Shown piece by piece: positions 38,853 through 53,042 of a stretch of DNA of 64,000 bases. Source of the stretch: Basidiobolus meristosporus CBS 931.73 (Eukaryota > Fungi > Basidiobolomycota); assembly GCA_002104905.1 (NCBI GenBank), contig MCFE01000265.1, positions 1 to 64,000 of the forward strand, in the 5' to 3' direction. Made by a program: the position numbers and the translations under genes. Below the pieces are notes generated by a model. That model saw nothing but the letters and a program-made list of their open reading frames with translations. It was not told the origin of the DNA and made no database searches. Each line of letters starts with the position of its first letter. Position 1 is the stretch's first letter.

Positions 38853-39622
38853 ATTTTCATTGAGCATTTGAGAAAATTTCCAAATTAGATTGGATTCCAA
38901 ACCAGGCTTGAAGAATTTGGTTAATGGATTAAGGAAACATCACGAACCATGTAACATGCACTCGATATATATATGATCTCCCTAATTCCTCCGAGAGCTT
39001 CCTTATATTGTTGATAACACTGCTGATAGAGAGATGCTTATAGTAAGAATTGACAATTTGGGATGCTATCGTTGATCATCTTAATTTGACTCAACGTGTT
39101 CATGCACTGCTTAAAATTCGGTATCAGGTAAGGTAGAGGCCAAATCTTAAATCTTTGCTACTCCATCAAAACATTCGTATAGAACGGCAGATAGTTTAAT
39201 CGTGGACTTCGCGAAATATGTTTTAGCGATTGGTGAAATTCGAGTAATAAATCATTTTTCACCAAGGACTATTTGAAATACGGAGATCTGTGTCCACATG
39301 GCTTCATGATTTTTTTTCGATTATTGCGCGAGGCAATCTTTTTAGGGAAACTAGGTAGGCAATACACTAAATAGTTTGGCTAGTCGAAGCGATATCATGT
39401 GGTGATATTTACCTACATGTATATCCACCAAGGAATAATCGTTCCTGAGCAGTTGGCTGAGAAATATATTCAGCGAATGTTCAACTTGGTGGATTTGCGG
39501 AATATCCTATTCGCATTATCACATTATATATTTGATTAATCGCGCAATTTAATGTTGAGTCGGTACAAACAATATACAGAAGAATGGAAGTAAATATATG
39601 TCTAAGATAAGGAAACAGTATT

Positions 39623-42415
39623 CTAGTTTTTCGCCAACATATGCTGGTCTTCATGTTTGTTAGATAGACGCGCCATCTCGACCATTAAATTCTCCATGTT
39701 TCTGTTCTTCTTCTTCATCGACTTTCCATGAGCGAGCCTATCGAATGCTTCTGAATTGGACAGCATCATGTATACCATAGCCATAACGACAAATATTCCG
39801 AATGAATACAGCCAGATACGAATAACTGCAACAATGCTAGTATTCTGTCCACTGAACCATCCCCAAATTGCAAAGCACGATGCAAGGATATCAACCGCCA
39901 ACACGGCACCGGTCAATTGCCATGACGGCCAGCTCTCGAAGAATGATTTGTTCAGACGAGTGATGAAAATCAACCAATTCTCAGTCAAGGCAACTTCAAG
40001 GAACATCACTTCCTGTGCTCCACCGAAGTTCTCGATGACACCATGACCAGGGACAAAAGTGGTGGTGAAGATGATCCAGGTACCGACAGTGAGAATGATG
40101 GCCATAACAAGTGAGAGTGCCCACAGCTTGGGTAGATTCCACTTGACTGGGGTAGCCGAGTAAGGAGCATTATCGTAGGCAACCATGAGAGTGGCTACAT
40201 CGGCAAAGATGGCAAGGAACACAACCAGTTCGACATTGATTGTTTCGTTGAGAATGACAATCGAGGTGGTCAAGAAGATCTCCAAGTGAAGGGACAGAGC
40301 AATACGGTACACGATATAGGCGTACATACGATGGAAAATCTGGCGAGAAGTCTTGATAGCATCGATGATCACTCCCAATCCGGGGGCCAAGAACACAATA
40401 TCGGCAGCGCTACGAGCAGCATCACTAGCTCCTTCCACAGCAATACCGGTATCGGCCTTCTTGAGGGATGGTGCATCGTTCACACCATCACCGGTCATGG
40501 CAACAAGGTAGCCACGCTTCTGGAGGATGTCGACAGCATGATACTTGTGCTCAGGGAACACCTCGGCAAATCCATCAGCTGCCTCTACAAAGTCGTACAA
40601 CTCTGCTCCAGTCATACCACCCTTTCCCGATGCTCCTCCACCGCCCATACCAAGTTCTTCGGCATTATAAATGTTAGTACCCATTCGAAGTTGTCTTGCG
40701 GTTTCCTTGGCAATACCAACAGCATCGCCGGTAAGCATCTTCACTTTGAGTCCGAGTTCCTGAGCAGTAGCAATAGTCTTTCCGGTATCATAACGAGGAG
40801 GATCGAACAGTGACAGGACACCAAGAATCTGCCATCCGTTAGCTGGAGTGTACCAAGCAATACCCAAACTTCTGAAGCCACGATCGGCAAACTCAGCAAC
40901 AACTTCGTTGTACTTCTTAGCAAGATCGGGGTCAATAGAACCTTCCTTTTGCACCATTCGAAGCACAAATGGTGGGGCACCCTTGACTGCGACACACTTG
41001 TTGCCCTCAGGATCGACAACCTTGGCAACCACCATCTTGGACACAGGATCGAATGGCTGGAACTCAGTCATGCGGTACTCTCTCATTCTTCTCTTAGCGT
41101 TGGGGTACTTTCCGAGTGCCTTCACAACAGCCTTGTCAATGGCGTCCATGCCCTTCTTCTTGCGCGAGGCAGCCAAAGCGGAGACAAACAGCAGCATCTC
41201 CTCATCCACTCCATCCACACAGTAAGGATCGTGGAGGGTGAGCTTGTTCTGAGTCAGGGTGCCAGTCTTATCCGAGCACAAGATCTCCACACCAGCAAGT
41301 GATTCGATGGCAGTCAGCTTCTGAACAATAGCCTGCTTCTTAGCCAAGAAGGCAGCTCCAACAGCCATAGTGGTTGTGACCACTGCGGGAAGTCCGACTG
41401 GAACTCCAACGACAGTGATGATCAAAGCATACTCCAACAGCTTGACAATTCCCAGCGAGCGATAGAATCCAGCACTCCAAATGATCAGCAACCACAAAAT
41501 GACCAGCACCAGCAGAACAGTTCCGATGTTGTTGATGACCTCAGTGAAATGGCCAACTCCATTGGACTTTCCAGCAAGGGTAGCGGCTCTTCCCACGAAG
41601 GTATGTTTGCCAGTGGCAGTGACAACAGCATAACAGCTACCACGCTTGATGGCTGAGCTACTGAACAACTCATCACCAGGTCCCTTGGAGGCTGCCAATG
41701 ACTCGCCAGTCAGCGCTGCTTGATCGACCTGGAGACGTGAGTCCTCACCAAGAATACGAGCATCAGCTGGAACAATCGCACCATCCTCCACGAGAATGAT
41801 GTCACCTGGAACGAGCGATGTAGCCTCCACCTGGCCTTCCTTTCCATCTCTGACCGCGATGGAGGAGAGTGCCAGTGTCTGCTTCAGCTGGTCAATGATG
41901 TTGCCAGCCTGGTATTCCTGGATGAACCCGACGAATGCATTCAGTGCCAGCAACCCAATGATCACACCAAGATCGACCCAATCTCTGAGACCTCCTGCAA
42001 GACCAACGGCGGCCCACATCACGTACTGAATGGGGCCGCAGAAGAACATGAAGAACTTGAGGATCTTGCTCTCACTCTCGATGTCGAGCTGGTTGAGCCC
42101 ATACTTCTTACGACGGGTGTCAACCTCAGCCGAGGTCAATCCGACCCTTGGATCGGTCTGGAGTAGCTCCTCAGGCACGGCAGTTTCGACCAATTGGCCT
42201 TCCTCATCGACCTCTTCCATTACTTCACCATCATCACTCCAGCCATAGTCACTCATGATCGAGATTGCCGCCGCGGATTGCTGGGTGAGTTTCTTGGAGA
42301 GTAAGGATGAAGGAATAATGTTTACAGCTTCAGCATTCTCATTTACAGGCTCCACTGCATTAAACTGAACTCCAGCCATATTGTTCAGTGTGCTTTCGTC
42401 AGTTTTTTCTGACAT
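39623..42415 (-). CDS. PMA1: Plasma-membrane H+-ATPase, copy 6, group B with group-A-like patches, 930 aa
   Basis: All motifs intact. Confidence 0.97.
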   Translation of the reverse strand: MSEKTDESTLNNMAGVQFNAVEPVNENAEAVNIIPSSLLSKKLTQQSAAAISIMSDYGWSDDGEVMEEVDEEGQLVETAVPEELLQTDPRVGLTSAEVDTRRKKYGLNQLDIESESKILKFFMFFCGPIQYVMWAAVGLAGGLRDWVDLGVIIGLLALNAFVGFIQEYQAGNIIDQLKQTLALSSIAVRDGKEGQVEATSLVPGDIILVEDGAIVPADARILGEDSRLQVDQAALTGESLAASKGPGDELFSSSAIKRGSCYAVVTATGKHTFVGRAATLAGKSNGVGHFTEVINNIGTVLLVLVILWLLIIWSAGFYRSLGIVKLLEYALIITVVGVPVGLPAVVTTTMAVGAAFLAKKQAIVQKLTAIESLAGVEILCSDKTGTLTQNKLTLHDPYCVDGVDEEMLLFVSALAASRKKKGMDAIDKAVVKALGKYPNAKRRMREYRMTEFQPFDPVSKMVVAKVVDPEGNKCVAVKGAPPFVLRMVQKEGSIDPDLAKKYNEVVAEFADRGFRSLGIAWYTPANGWQILGVLSLFDPPRYDTGKTIATAQELGLKVKMLTGDAVGIAKETARQLRMGTNIYNAEELGMGGGGASGKGGMTGAELYDFVEAADGFAEVFPEHKYHAVDILQKRGYLVAMTGDGVNDAPSLKKADTGIAVEGASDAARSAADIVFLAPGLGVIIDAIKTSRQIFHRMYAYIVYRIALSLHLEIFLTTSIVILNETINVELVVFLAIFADVATLMVAYDNAPYSATPVKWNLPKLWALSLVMAIILTVGTWIIFTTTFVPGHGVIENFGGAQEVMFLEVALTENWLIFITRLNKSFFESWPSWQLTGAVLAVDILASCFAIWGWFSGQNTSIVAVIRIWLYSFGIFVVMAMVYMMLSNSEAFDRLAHGKSMKKKNRNMENLMVEMARLSNKHEDQHMLAKN

Positions 42416-43657
42416 GTGTTTAGTAGTCTATGAGATTTAGTGTATAGATATAAGATGTAAAGGGCCTTCTTAACCTCGCTTTTATACATTCGAAGTTCAA
42501 GTTTCTCTTAATTTATTATATTACATCCTCATTCCGTAGTATTTCCATGCGGCTACTACTTCTGTTGTTTCGTATGATGTTAGGTGGTCAAATAACATTC
42601 ATCACCAGTGATTCTTTCCTCAATTGTGAAGTTGATTCAAAAGGAGTATATATTGATATATCGTAACTGAATACTCTGGCTTATTAATCACGAACCATGT
42701 CTTATATACTAGATTCGTCAATGGTTTTCCCGTTTCCACTGTCGAGTATCATTCTTAACGGTGGTAAAGTATATTTATACATAGCTAATCTATTTTGTGT
42801 GTGTGGCGCGTCAATAAGCTCACCGTTTTGCTCCATCAGCTGGGCCATTTCAGCGGGGGCTTATCAAAGTATTATGAAAATACTGTAATAACTGGATATC
42901 ATACATCGAGTTTTTCATCCATATCTTGATATTAATTATGACTCTCAGCGCACAGATATCTCCTCCGATAAGAAACTTGAAAGCCAATAGATGGAATTTA
43001 GCCTCGAGGATTTAAAGTTCTCCTTTTTGGCTATGGCATTGCCAAATTAGGAATAGGAGTCGTGTGCTACCCATCATACCCGTAAATGGCGATCTTTAAA
43101 AGAATATAATGATCAACGTCATTTTATCCCGGGATTTTCCTAATTGTATTCCCGAAACCAACTATGTGGTAACCCGAGATCGCGTGGCTACTATTAGTCT
43201 GATGAGAACAGTAAATCTGGAGTAAAGTATTCCCCGCCACGTGGATATGTCTCAGTACTTATCCATAGAGAATGATTCGTGCGAAGTCTAACCTATTCAG
43301 CATACAACAATGAAACCAGAGAGAGTAAAAGTCATTAGAAATACACAAAATATAGTGATTTCTAATTTCATTCGGGATGGTTGCTTTATTTGCAAACAAT
43401 AGGCGATGCTATGTATCTTTGAAGAGAATCCAATGGGGAATAGTTCATAGGATCTACATCAGCGAAGCTGCGGAAACAAATGGTCAACAAACTCATTTAT
43501 TGTGAAACAACGATTTATCGTCTATATTGGCTTACAGGATTGAAACAGTATATTTTGGAAAAATAAAGATTAATCAAATTTATAGCTAATCTAAATATCT
43601 AAAATGTACACTCTAAGAGAAAGAAAGCTACTCAGTGCATCAAAGACCGGAAAAGGT

Positions 43658-43793
43658 TCACTCCTTAGAATTCACCATCTGAGTACTGGCGTGTAGGTTG
43701 CATAGACGCGCCATCTCAGCCATCAAGTCCTCTATGCCTCTTTTCTTATTCATCGGCTTAGCAGCTCGCCTCAAGCCTATGTATATGTGACAT
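43658..43793 (-). pseudogene. Internally deleted H+-ATPase remnant (C-terminal tail only)
   Basis: Translates as AKPMNKKRGIEDLMAEMARLCNLHASTQMVNSKE*, matching the paralog tails KSMKKKxRxMEDLMxEMARLSxxH; ATGTCA at 43793 lies just upstream. Confidence 0.8.
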
Positions 43794-44548
43794 AGTATCG
43801 TCAATCCTTGCCCTTAAATTTAGTCGATTAAAGTCGAAATGGAAATGTGGAATAGCGTTTTTACCGATCCAAGAGGCTCGCTGCCATGATATTGATTTCA
43901 TCACTCACCCAATATGTGCAATTCGCACTATCAATTCCGAAAATCACCGTACTTGGAATATCTGGTACTACTTGTATTGCGCGCATTCGCTCCTCAAGTA
44001 TCGTTCAATTTTTATTTCCCTTTGCTTGCAAATACTGCGAACATGCTACGCGTGTTCAATGGTATCTTACTGAGTGGGATAATGGAATTAGAAAGTAGCG
44101 GACATTGAGACAATAGCAAAGAAGGGTTTTGAAGTATGGATTTTCAATTACTATGAAGACCTTTTACATCATTAACCTTACTGTGGAGTTTAGGCAAATT
44201 TATTAACAGTGATCGCTTACATTGTGACGCAAATGCCGTTTTGATAACAACCGTAATTTGTTTGTACAAATGACCAAAATAATAATCGGACGCGAATCCA
44301 AATTGTTCAAAATTGAATTCAGCTGGTCCGTTAATCCTGCCGAAATTCAAAGTACTTTCAACTCCAATAAGCCTTTAGGAATATCAGAGATACATATCGC
44401 TCCTGATAGCTGGTTTCTTGAGTGCGACTGGTTGCCATCGACACCTCGTAAGTAATATCTTTACTAGAACTAAAATAGAATGTGTATGTATATATCTAAA
44501 GCTCATTGGGGTCACTATGCTATTAATCAGGGTATGAAATTAATTCTT

Positions 44549-47326
44549 TTAAACATCGGGCGATCGCTTGTGATGTTGATAAGAGACACGAGCAAGTTCC
44601 ATCATCAGGTCCTCCATTTTTCTGTTCTTCTTCTTCATCGACTTGCCATGAGCAAGTCTATCAAAGGCCTCAGAGTTCGACAGGATCATGTACACCATGG
44701 CCATGACAACAAACACTCCGAACGAGAACAGCCAGATACGGACGACCGCAACAATACTGGTATGCTCGCCAGTGAACCATCCCCAAATTGCAAAGCACGA
44801 GGCAAGGATATCAACGGCAAACACAGCATCAGCCAATTGCCAGGATGGGAGACTCTCGAAGAATGATTTGTTCAGACGAGTGATGAAAATCAACCAATTC
44901 TCAGTCAAGGCAACTTCAAGGAACATCACTTCTTGCGCTCCACCGAAGTTCTCAATGATGCCGTGACCAGGGACAAAGGTGGTGGTGAATACGATCCAGG
45001 TACCGACAGTGAGAATGATCGACATGACCAACGAGAGTGCCCACAGCTTGGGTAGGTTCCACTTGACTGGGGTAGCCGAGTAAGGAGCATTATCGTAGGC
45101 AACCATGAGAGTGGCTACATCGGCAAAGATGGCAAGGAACACAACGAGTTCGACATTGATTGTTTCGTTGAGAATGACAATCGAGGTGGTCAAGAAGATC
45201 TCCAAGTGAAGGGACAGAGCAATACGGTACACGATGTAGGCGTACATACGATGGAAAATCTGGCGAGAAGTCTTGATAGCATCGATGATCACTCCCAGTC
45301 CGGGGGCCAAGAACACAATATCGGCAGCGCTACGAGCAGCATCACTAGCTCCTTCCACAGCAATACCGGTATCGGCCTTCTTGAGGGATGGTGCATCATT
45401 CACACCATCACCGGTCATGGCAACAAGGTAGCCACGCTTCTGGAGAATGTCAACGGCATGATACTTGTGCTCAGGGAACACCTCGGCAAATCCATCAGCT
45501 GCCTCAACAAAGTCGTACAACTCTGCTCCAGTCATACCACCCTTTCCCGATGCTCCTCCACCGCCCATACCAAGTTCTTCGGCATTATAGATGTTAGTAC
45601 CCATTCGAAGTTGTCTTGCGGTTTCCTTGGCAATACCAACAGCATCGCCGGTAAGCATCTTCACTTTGAGTCCGAGTTCCTGAGCAGTAGCAATAGTCTT
45701 TCCGGTATCATAACGAGGAGGATCGAACAGTGACAGGACACCAAGAATCTGCCATCCGTTGGCTGGAGTGTACCAAGCAATACCCAAACTTCTGAAACCA
45801 CGATCGGCAAACTCAGCAACAACCTCGTTGTACTTCTTAGCAAGATCAGGGTCCAGAGTACCTTCCCTTTGAACCATGCGAAGCACAAATGGTGGGGCAC
45901 CCTTGACTGCGACACACTTGTTACCCTCAGGATCGACAACCTTGGCAACCACCATCTTGGACACAGGATCGAATGGCTGGAACTCAGTCATGCGGTACTC
46001 TCTCATTCTTCTCTTGGCGTTGGGGTACTTTCCGAGTGCCTTCACAACAGCCTTGTCAATGGCGTCCATGCCCTTCTTCTTACGCGAGGCAGCCAAAGCG
46101 GAGACAAACAGCAGCATCTCCTCATCCACTCCATCCACACAGTAAGGATCGTGGAGGGTGAGCTTGTTCTGAGTCAGGGTGCCAGTCTTATCCGAGCACA
46201 AGATCTCCACACCAGCAAGTGATTCGATGGCAGTCAGCTTCTGAACAATAGCCTGCTTCTTAGCCAAGAAGGCAGCTCCAACAGCCATAGTGGTTGTGAC
46301 CACTGCGGGAAGTCCGACTGGGACACCAACAACAGTGATGACCAAAGCATACTCCAAGAGCTTGACAATTCCCAGCGAGCGATAGAATCCAGCACTCCAA
46401 ATGATCAGAAGCCAGATGACCACAAGCACCAGCAAAACAGTTCCGATGTTGTTGATGACCTCAGTAAAGTGGCCGACTCCATTGGACTTTCCAGCAAGGG
46501 CAGCGGCTCTTCCTACGAAGGTATGTTTGCCAGTGGCAGTGACAACAGCATAACAGCTACCACGCTTGATGGCTGAGCTACTGAACAACTCATCACCAGG
46601 TCCCTTGGAGGCTGCCAATGACTCGCCAGTCAGCGCTGCTTGATCGACCTGGAGACGTGAGTCCTCACCAAGAATACGAGCATCAGCTGGAACAATCGCA
46701 CCATCCTCCACGAGAATGATGTCACCTGGAACGAGCGATGTAGCCTCCACCTGGCCTTCCTTTCCATCTCTGACCGCGATGGCGGAGAGTGCCAATGTCT
46801 GCTTCAGCTGGTCAATGATGTTGCCAGCCTGGTATTCCTGGATGAACCCGACGAATGCATTCAGTGCCAGCAACCCAATGATCACACCAAGATCGACCCA
46901 ATCTCTGAGACCTCCGGAAAGGCCCACAGCAGCCCACATCACATACTGAATGGGGCCGCAGAAGAACATGAAGAACTTGAGGATCTTGCTCTCACTCTCG
47001 ATGTCGAGCTGGTTGAGCCCATACTTCTTACGACGGGTGTCAACCTCAGCCGAGGTCAATCCGACCCTTGGATCAGTCTGGAGTAGCTCTTCAGGCACAG
47101 CAAGCTCGACGACTTGGCCATCTTCATCGATTTCCTCCAGTACTTCACCATCATCACTCCATCCGTAGTCACTTAGGATGGAAATAGCTGCTGCAGACTG
47201 CTGTGTATCTTTCTTTGATAGCGGAGTTGTAGCTAATAAATTTCTCGGCGTATTTTCAGGCACCCGCTCTGCGGTAAACTGGACGGAAGTGTTTCTCTCA
47301 TTTTTTGTGTCTTCGTTTTCCGGCAT
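44549..47326 (-). CDS. PMA1: Plasma-membrane H+-ATPase, copy 7, group B, 925 aa
   Basis: All motifs intact; private G-to-D change in WQLA(D)AVF. Confidence 0.96.
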   Translation of the reverse strand: MPENEDTKNERNTSVQFTAERVPENTPRNLLATTPLSKKDTQQSAAAISILSDYGWSDDGEVLEEIDEDGQVVELAVPEELLQTDPRVGLTSAEVDTRRKKYGLNQLDIESESKILKFFMFFCGPIQYVMWAAVGLSGGLRDWVDLGVIIGLLALNAFVGFIQEYQAGNIIDQLKQTLALSAIAVRDGKEGQVEATSLVPGDIILVEDGAIVPADARILGEDSRLQVDQAALTGESLAASKGPGDELFSSSAIKRGSCYAVVTATGKHTFVGRAAALAGKSNGVGHFTEVINNIGTVLLVLVVIWLLIIWSAGFYRSLGIVKLLEYALVITVVGVPVGLPAVVTTTMAVGAAFLAKKQAIVQKLTAIESLAGVEILCSDKTGTLTQNKLTLHDPYCVDGVDEEMLLFVSALAASRKKKGMDAIDKAVVKALGKYPNAKRRMREYRMTEFQPFDPVSKMVVAKVVDPEGNKCVAVKGAPPFVLRMVQREGTLDPDLAKKYNEVVAEFADRGFRSLGIAWYTPANGWQILGVLSLFDPPRYDTGKTIATAQELGLKVKMLTGDAVGIAKETARQLRMGTNIYNAEELGMGGGGASGKGGMTGAELYDFVEAADGFAEVFPEHKYHAVDILQKRGYLVAMTGDGVNDAPSLKKADTGIAVEGASDAARSAADIVFLAPGLGVIIDAIKTSRQIFHRMYAYIVYRIALSLHLEIFLTTSIVILNETINVELVVFLAIFADVATLMVAYDNAPYSATPVKWNLPKLWALSLVMSIILTVGTWIVFTTTFVPGHGIIENFGGAQEVMFLEVALTENWLIFITRLNKSFFESLPSWQLADAVFAVDILASCFAIWGWFTGEHTSIVAVVRIWLFSFGVFVVMAMVYMILSNSEAFDRLAHGKSMKKKNRKMEDLMMELARVSYQHHKRSPDV

Positions 47327-48691
47327 CCTTTTGGAGGCAGTGAATTCAAATTACCTAGATGATGAACTTGATTACTGGTGCGTGTGGTAAGCGCAAGGTT
47401 TTATAATTATTATATCATGCATGGTAACTCTCATACCCGCCGTTGGTCGTTCCATGGAAATTCCAAATCCAATTATCCTTGTTCATTCAAGCACTGACAC
47501 TTACAAATCCAGCCATTGATTGGAATGATGATCTAGGAATGGATATCGTCTGGACAATTTCTCTGCGTTTGCTATGATGCAACCTCAGAGGATATACTCA
47601 ACAGTAAACGTGAATTGTTCTACTTCAGGGCACACGCCTTTATTTCAGATATTTCGAGGCATTTCAGGCATCAGGGGAAAATCCCCATTACTCTCCAACA
47701 TACTATCATTTGGCAAGCATCTGCTTTCAGTATCGAGCGCTATGGGTGGATCATAATAAGCTAAACTTGTTTATGCATATCTATGCTGTCACAATCAACT
47801 AGAATCCCCCAATTTGTACATGGTTTACTATATAATCCCGATGGGAATAAAATAATAATGATCAAGCGATATTAGCACAAACCAAAGATTCATTCCATGT
47901 GCCTATATAGCTTCAAAATATCCAAGTGTTACTATGATATAATGTAGACTTTGAAAGTCAATGGAGCGTCTTAATGAACAGTAGTCATCATTAACAGATA
48001 GCGAGCATATCACCAGATAGGATAAGTATAATCCGTTGTTGTGGCTCAGTTGATTAAGTAAGCGGCTTTTACTAGTGATTAGTTATTGCTTGATAGCCAA
48101 TGTGGGTTGCGCACGGGAAATTCGAGATTCCATTCCGTTGCAAAAAAATCACCTACCTCATCGATAACATCTCCCTGAAATCAGCAATGAGAAGTCTTTA
48201 TATGGTAGCTCAACCTCCTCATCCATTGGTCTTGGTAAACTGTTCACCATATCGGATCATTATTTCACCAGCGATCCCATCGTGATGCCATAACCGTATA
48301 AGCAGTCCCATCACCAAAACTTATTGGATCAGCGAGTACACACCATGTGTATTCACGACAGTTCCTGCTGCCTTTTTCAGTACTCTACCATGGGCATAAA
48401 CGCTAAAAATGAAACTTGAACACGTGGCTTGATGGAGCGGATACCAGGGGCCAACGTTAACATACAAACAATATTTCAGATATGGGTGAGGTTTTGTCCG
48501 AGGATATAATACGATTGTTGATGATAGCGATATCTTTTATTAAAATGAATTAAGATGGGTTTGGCAATAGCCAACACCCACCATTTACACCGGACAACTT
48601 GGATGTCTATAATCTATTTGGGTATAATCTATGTAAGGTGTCCGGAATATTAGGACAAGTATGAATTTGAAATCTAAGGTGAACCAGTGAA

Positions 48692-51487
48692 TTAGTGGCT
48701 TTCTTCTGAGTCTTCTTCAGCCAACATAGGTTGCTGCTCATGCTTGACAGAAAGACGGGCCATCTCAACCATGAAGTCCTCCATGCTTCTGTTCTTCTTC
48801 TTCATCGACTTGCCGTGAGCAAGTCTATCGAAGGCCTCGGAGTTCGACAGGATCATGTACACCATGGCCATGACAACAAACACTCCGAACGAGAACAGCC
48901 AGATACGAAGAACCGCAACAATACTGGTATGCTCGCCAGTGAACCATCCCCAGAGTGCAAAGCACGAGGCAAGGACATCAACTGCAAACACAGCACCAGC
49001 CAATTGCCAGGATGGGAGACTCTCGAAGAAGGAAGTGTTCAGACGAGTGATGAAGATCAACCAATTCTCAGTCAACGCAACTTCAAGGAACATCACTTCT
49101 TGCGCTCCACCGAAGTTCTCAATGATACCGTGACCAGGGACAAAAGTGGTGGTGAAGGTGATCCAAGTACCAACGGTAAGGATAATGGCCATAACAAGTG
49201 AGAGTGCCCACAACTTGGGAAGGTTCCACTTGACTGGGACAGCGGAGTAAGGAGCATTATCGTAAGCAACCATAAGAGTAGCAACATCAGCGAAAATGGC
49301 AATGAACACAACCAGTTCAATGTTCATTGACTCGTTCAGAATGACAGTACTGGTAGTCAAGAAGATTTCCATATGGAGAGAAAGAGCAATACGGTACACG
49401 ATATAGGCGTACATACGGTGGAAAATCTGGCGAGAAGTCTTGATTGCATCGATGATCACTCCCAGTCCTGGGGCCAAGAACACAATATCAGCAGCACTAC
49501 GAGCAGCATCACTAGCTCCTTCTACAGCAATACCGGTATCAGCCTTCTTGAGGGATGGTGCATCGTTCACACCATCACCGGTCATGGCAACAAGGTAGCC
49601 ACGCTTCTGGAGAATGTCGACAGCATGATACTTGTGTTCAGGGAACACCTCAGCAAATCCATCAGCTGCCTCAACGAAGTCGTAGAGTGCTGCTCCAGAT
49701 AAACCACCTTTATGCGAACTACCGCCACCGCCCATACCAAGTTCATCAGCGTTGTAGATATTGGTGCCCATTCTGAGTTGTCGTGCGGTTTCCTTGGCAA
49801 TACCAACAGCATCACCGGTAAGCATCTTGACCTTGAGTCCGAGTTCCTGAGCAGTAGCAATAGTCTTTCCAGTATCAAACCGAGGAGGATCGAACAGCGA
49901 CAAGACACCAAGAATCTGCCATCCGTTAGCTGGGGTGTACCAAGCAATACCCAAACTTCTGAAACCACGATCGGCGAACTCAGAGACAACCTCGTTATAC
50001 TTCTTAGCAAGTGCAGGGTCCAGATTACCTTCCCTTTGAACCATACGAAGCACAAATGGTGGGGCACCCTTGACTGCGACACACTTGTTGCCCTCAGGAT
50101 CGACAACCTTGGCAACCACCATCTTGGACACAGGATCGAATGGCTGGAACTCAGTCATGCGGTACTCTCTCATTCTTCTCTTAGCGTTGGGGTACTTTCC
50201 GAGTGCCTTCACAACAGCCTTGTCAATGGCGTCCATGCCCTTCTTCTTACGCGAGGCAGCCAAAGCGGAGACAAACAGCAGCATCTCCTCATCCACTCCA
50301 TCCACACAGTAAGGATCGTGGAGGGTGAGCTTGTTCTGAGTCAGGGTGCCAGTCTTATCCGAGCACAGGATCTCCACACCAGCAAGTGATTCGATGGCAG
50401 TCAGCTTCTGAACAATAGCCTTCTTCTTAGCCAAGAAGGCAGCTCCAACAGCCATAGTGGTTGTGACCACAGCGGGAAGACCGACTGGAACACCAACGAC
50501 AGTGATGGCCAAGGCATACTCCAAAAGGGTGACAATGCTGAGAGAACGATAGAAACCAGCACTCCAGATAATCAATAACCACAGGATCACAAGCACTAGC
50601 AGAACAGTACCAATGTTGTTGATGACCTCAGTGAAATGTCCCACTCCGTTAGATTTTCCAGCAAGGGTAGCGGCTCTTCCTACGAAGGTATGTTTACCGG
50701 TGGCAGTAACTACAGCGTAACAGCTACCACGCTTGATACCAGAACTACTGAACAACTCGTCACCAGGTCCCTTGGAGGCTGCCAATGACTCACCAGTAAG
50801 AGCGGATTGATCGACCTGGAGGCGGGAGTCTTCACCAAGAACGCGACAATCAGCGGGGACAATTGCACCATCTTCAACGAGAATGATATCTCCGGGAACA
50901 AGCGAGGTAGCCTCAACTTGTCCCTCCTTTCCATCTCTCACTGCGATAGCCGATAGGGCCAATGTCTGCTTCAGTTGATCAATGATGTTACCAGCTTGGT
51001 ATTCCTGAAGGAAACCAACGAATGCGTTCAACGTAAGCAAACCAATAATGACACCAAGATCAACCCAATCTCTGAGACCTCCGGAAAGACCAACGGCGGC
51101 CCACATCACATACTGAATGGGGCCACAGAAGAACATGAAGAACTTGAGCAGTTTGCTCTCACTCTCGATATCGAGCTGGTTGAGGCCATACTTCTTACGA
51201 CGATTTTCGACTTCAGCGGATGACAATCCAGTGCTAGGATCAGTTTGGAGTAACTCCTCTGGAGTAGCCGTCTCCACCACCTCACCATCCTCATCAACCT
51301 CTTCCGCCGCTTCACCATCATCACTCCAACCGTAGTCACTAAGGATAGAAATGGCGGCTGCAGATTGTTGAGTATCTTTCTTCGATAGTGGGGAAGTTGC
51401 AGTCAAGTTCCTTCCACCCTCTGGGGCGGCCTGTTCAGAATCAAACTGAACTGTGGCGTTGTTCATGTTTGTGCCTTCGTCTGACAT
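48692..51487 (-). CDS. PMA1: Plasma-membrane H+-ATPase, copy 8, group C, 931 aa
   Basis: All motifs intact; group C markers [24 protein letters not shown]. Confidence 0.97.
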   Translation of the reverse strand: MSDEGTNMNNATVQFDSEQAAPEGGRNLTATSPLSKKDTQQSAAAISILSDYGWSDDGEAAEEVDEDGEVVETATPEELLQTDPSTGLSSAEVENRRKKYGLNQLDIESESKLLKFFMFFCGPIQYVMWAAVGLSGGLRDWVDLGVIIGLLTLNAFVGFLQEYQAGNIIDQLKQTLALSAIAVRDGKEGQVEATSLVPGDIILVEDGAIVPADCRVLGEDSRLQVDQSALTGESLAASKGPGDELFSSSGIKRGSCYAVVTATGKHTFVGRAATLAGKSNGVGHFTEVINNIGTVLLVLVILWLLIIWSAGFYRSLSIVTLLEYALAITVVGVPVGLPAVVTTTMAVGAAFLAKKKAIVQKLTAIESLAGVEILCSDKTGTLTQNKLTLHDPYCVDGVDEEMLLFVSALAASRKKKGMDAIDKAVVKALGKYPNAKRRMREYRMTEFQPFDPVSKMVVAKVVDPEGNKCVAVKGAPPFVLRMVQREGNLDPALAKKYNEVVSEFADRGFRSLGIAWYTPANGWQILGVLSLFDPPRFDTGKTIATAQELGLKVKMLTGDAVGIAKETARQLRMGTNIYNADELGMGGGGSSHKGGLSGAALYDFVEAADGFAEVFPEHKYHAVDILQKRGYLVAMTGDGVNDAPSLKKADTGIAVEGASDAARSAADIVFLAPGLGVIIDAIKTSRQIFHRMYAYIVYRIALSLHMEIFLTTSTVILNESMNIELVVFIAIFADVATLMVAYDNAPYSAVPVKWNLPKLWALSLVMAIILTVGTWITFTTTFVPGHGIIENFGGAQEVMFLEVALTENWLIFITRLNTSFFESLPSWQLAGAVFAVDVLASCFALWGWFTGEHTSIVAVLRIWLFSFGVFVVMAMVYMILSNSEAFDRLAHGKSMKKKNRSMEDFMVEMARLSVKHEQQPMLAEEDSEESH

Positions 51488-53042
51488 ACTTGAAAGCTTC
51501 TTAGTACTTTGGATACTAAGAGGTGTGTAAGTAGAGAATTGATGTTATACTCCTATCTCTGCTCCTTTATATACTGTTTGGATGTACGTCTCTTTACCCG
51601 TATCTTGATAATTCGGAAATGACACGATATGTTCCTCGCGAGTCTGTCCCAAAATGGGAATCGATTGGAAGATTATGGACTAGAGTCTCCATGCGGCGAA
51701 TGATATGGTGGTACCAGATATATCGGTAATAGGTTTTTCAGTGGCATCGATCTTTTGGGAAGATATTTCTGTTGATACCTACAAATCAGCTGCTTGATAG
51801 TGGTCTACTTTCGAAATGCGCGATTTAGAGACATCTCGGTAACCAATATTGTCTCATCATCAGTTGGAATAAATTTTATTAAACTTTTTACTTATGTCAC
51901 CAAAACTTTATAATATCAGATAATCGGTATGTTGGGTCTTCTTTTGGATGAGATTTGCTTATACTATGCAATAGGGTACTGGCCTATACAGGTCCCTAAA
52001 GCTAGGTGTTTACGGACTGATAGTGCTCATTAAGCGGGATTTACCTAAGATACAGCAAAACATGGCTGCGAAATGGGAATATTCAGTTTATGCTTTGTGT
52101 ACGCTAATCAGTAAGATTTGTTTTCCGATGATCGTTAATGGATAATAGGGTAAATGGATTATCGCACGCATTGATTTAAATTGTATCCTATCTTATTTAT
52201 CGGGATCATCTCGCAGTTGTTGAAATCTTGGTGGGAGTACACGCTCAAGAGCATGATATTGAGGCTTTGGGATTAGCGACATTGAAATACAGTACAGTGA
52301 ATCCCACGGGTTACCTACCGCTAGAATGTATTTTAAGTACCTATCTTGCCTCCTATAGGCGATACCCAATGCAACTGCCAAACACGATAGCGATGGAACC
52401 AATAGTGACAATGCTATGCACTTACTCACGCTGTCATCTTTATTCTAATATATCGTGTTATACATATTCATGTATTTCTTGTATCTGTTCAGGCTAAATA
52501 ATCAGGAGTCCATAATAGCCAATAGGTAGCCAGATCGCAAAAAACGTTGATCCACTTTTATATACCATATATAGTTAATCGCCTCTGCAAACACCTATTA
52601 TACCAGCATGCCATATTTGTCGCACAAAAATGAGCAACTTGTGCTACATATTCCGTATCCAACGATTCCTATTATGAAACCTAAGATCTATCAATACGGC
52701 CGCTTACTCATTGACAAATGGGATAATATTTACGCACCAAAAATCGTGATAAAGACTGCGTAATTTTGACGGGACATTAGATCGATGAATCACATACCCT
52801 AATAATTCCCCCAGTCCAAATATGGCAAATGGTCACCTGGATTTTTCACCAAATTTCTTCACCGTTGCTTCAAGCATAACTAACGTCAGATAGTAAGGGA
52901 TTCATTCCAGAATGATTGGAACATACAGTAAATTTTTATTAATGACTTGATTTATAATTCTATGGAGTAAAAATGCAGGTACGGCTGAAGTAAGGTAAAA
53001 TACTACGGCAACAATTCTAAATGTAAATTACAATGGTAAAGG

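Noticed and set aside
48031-48150. tRNA A-box-like GTGGCTCAGTTGATTAAG
   Set aside because: No acceptor pairing, T-arm or convincing B-box.
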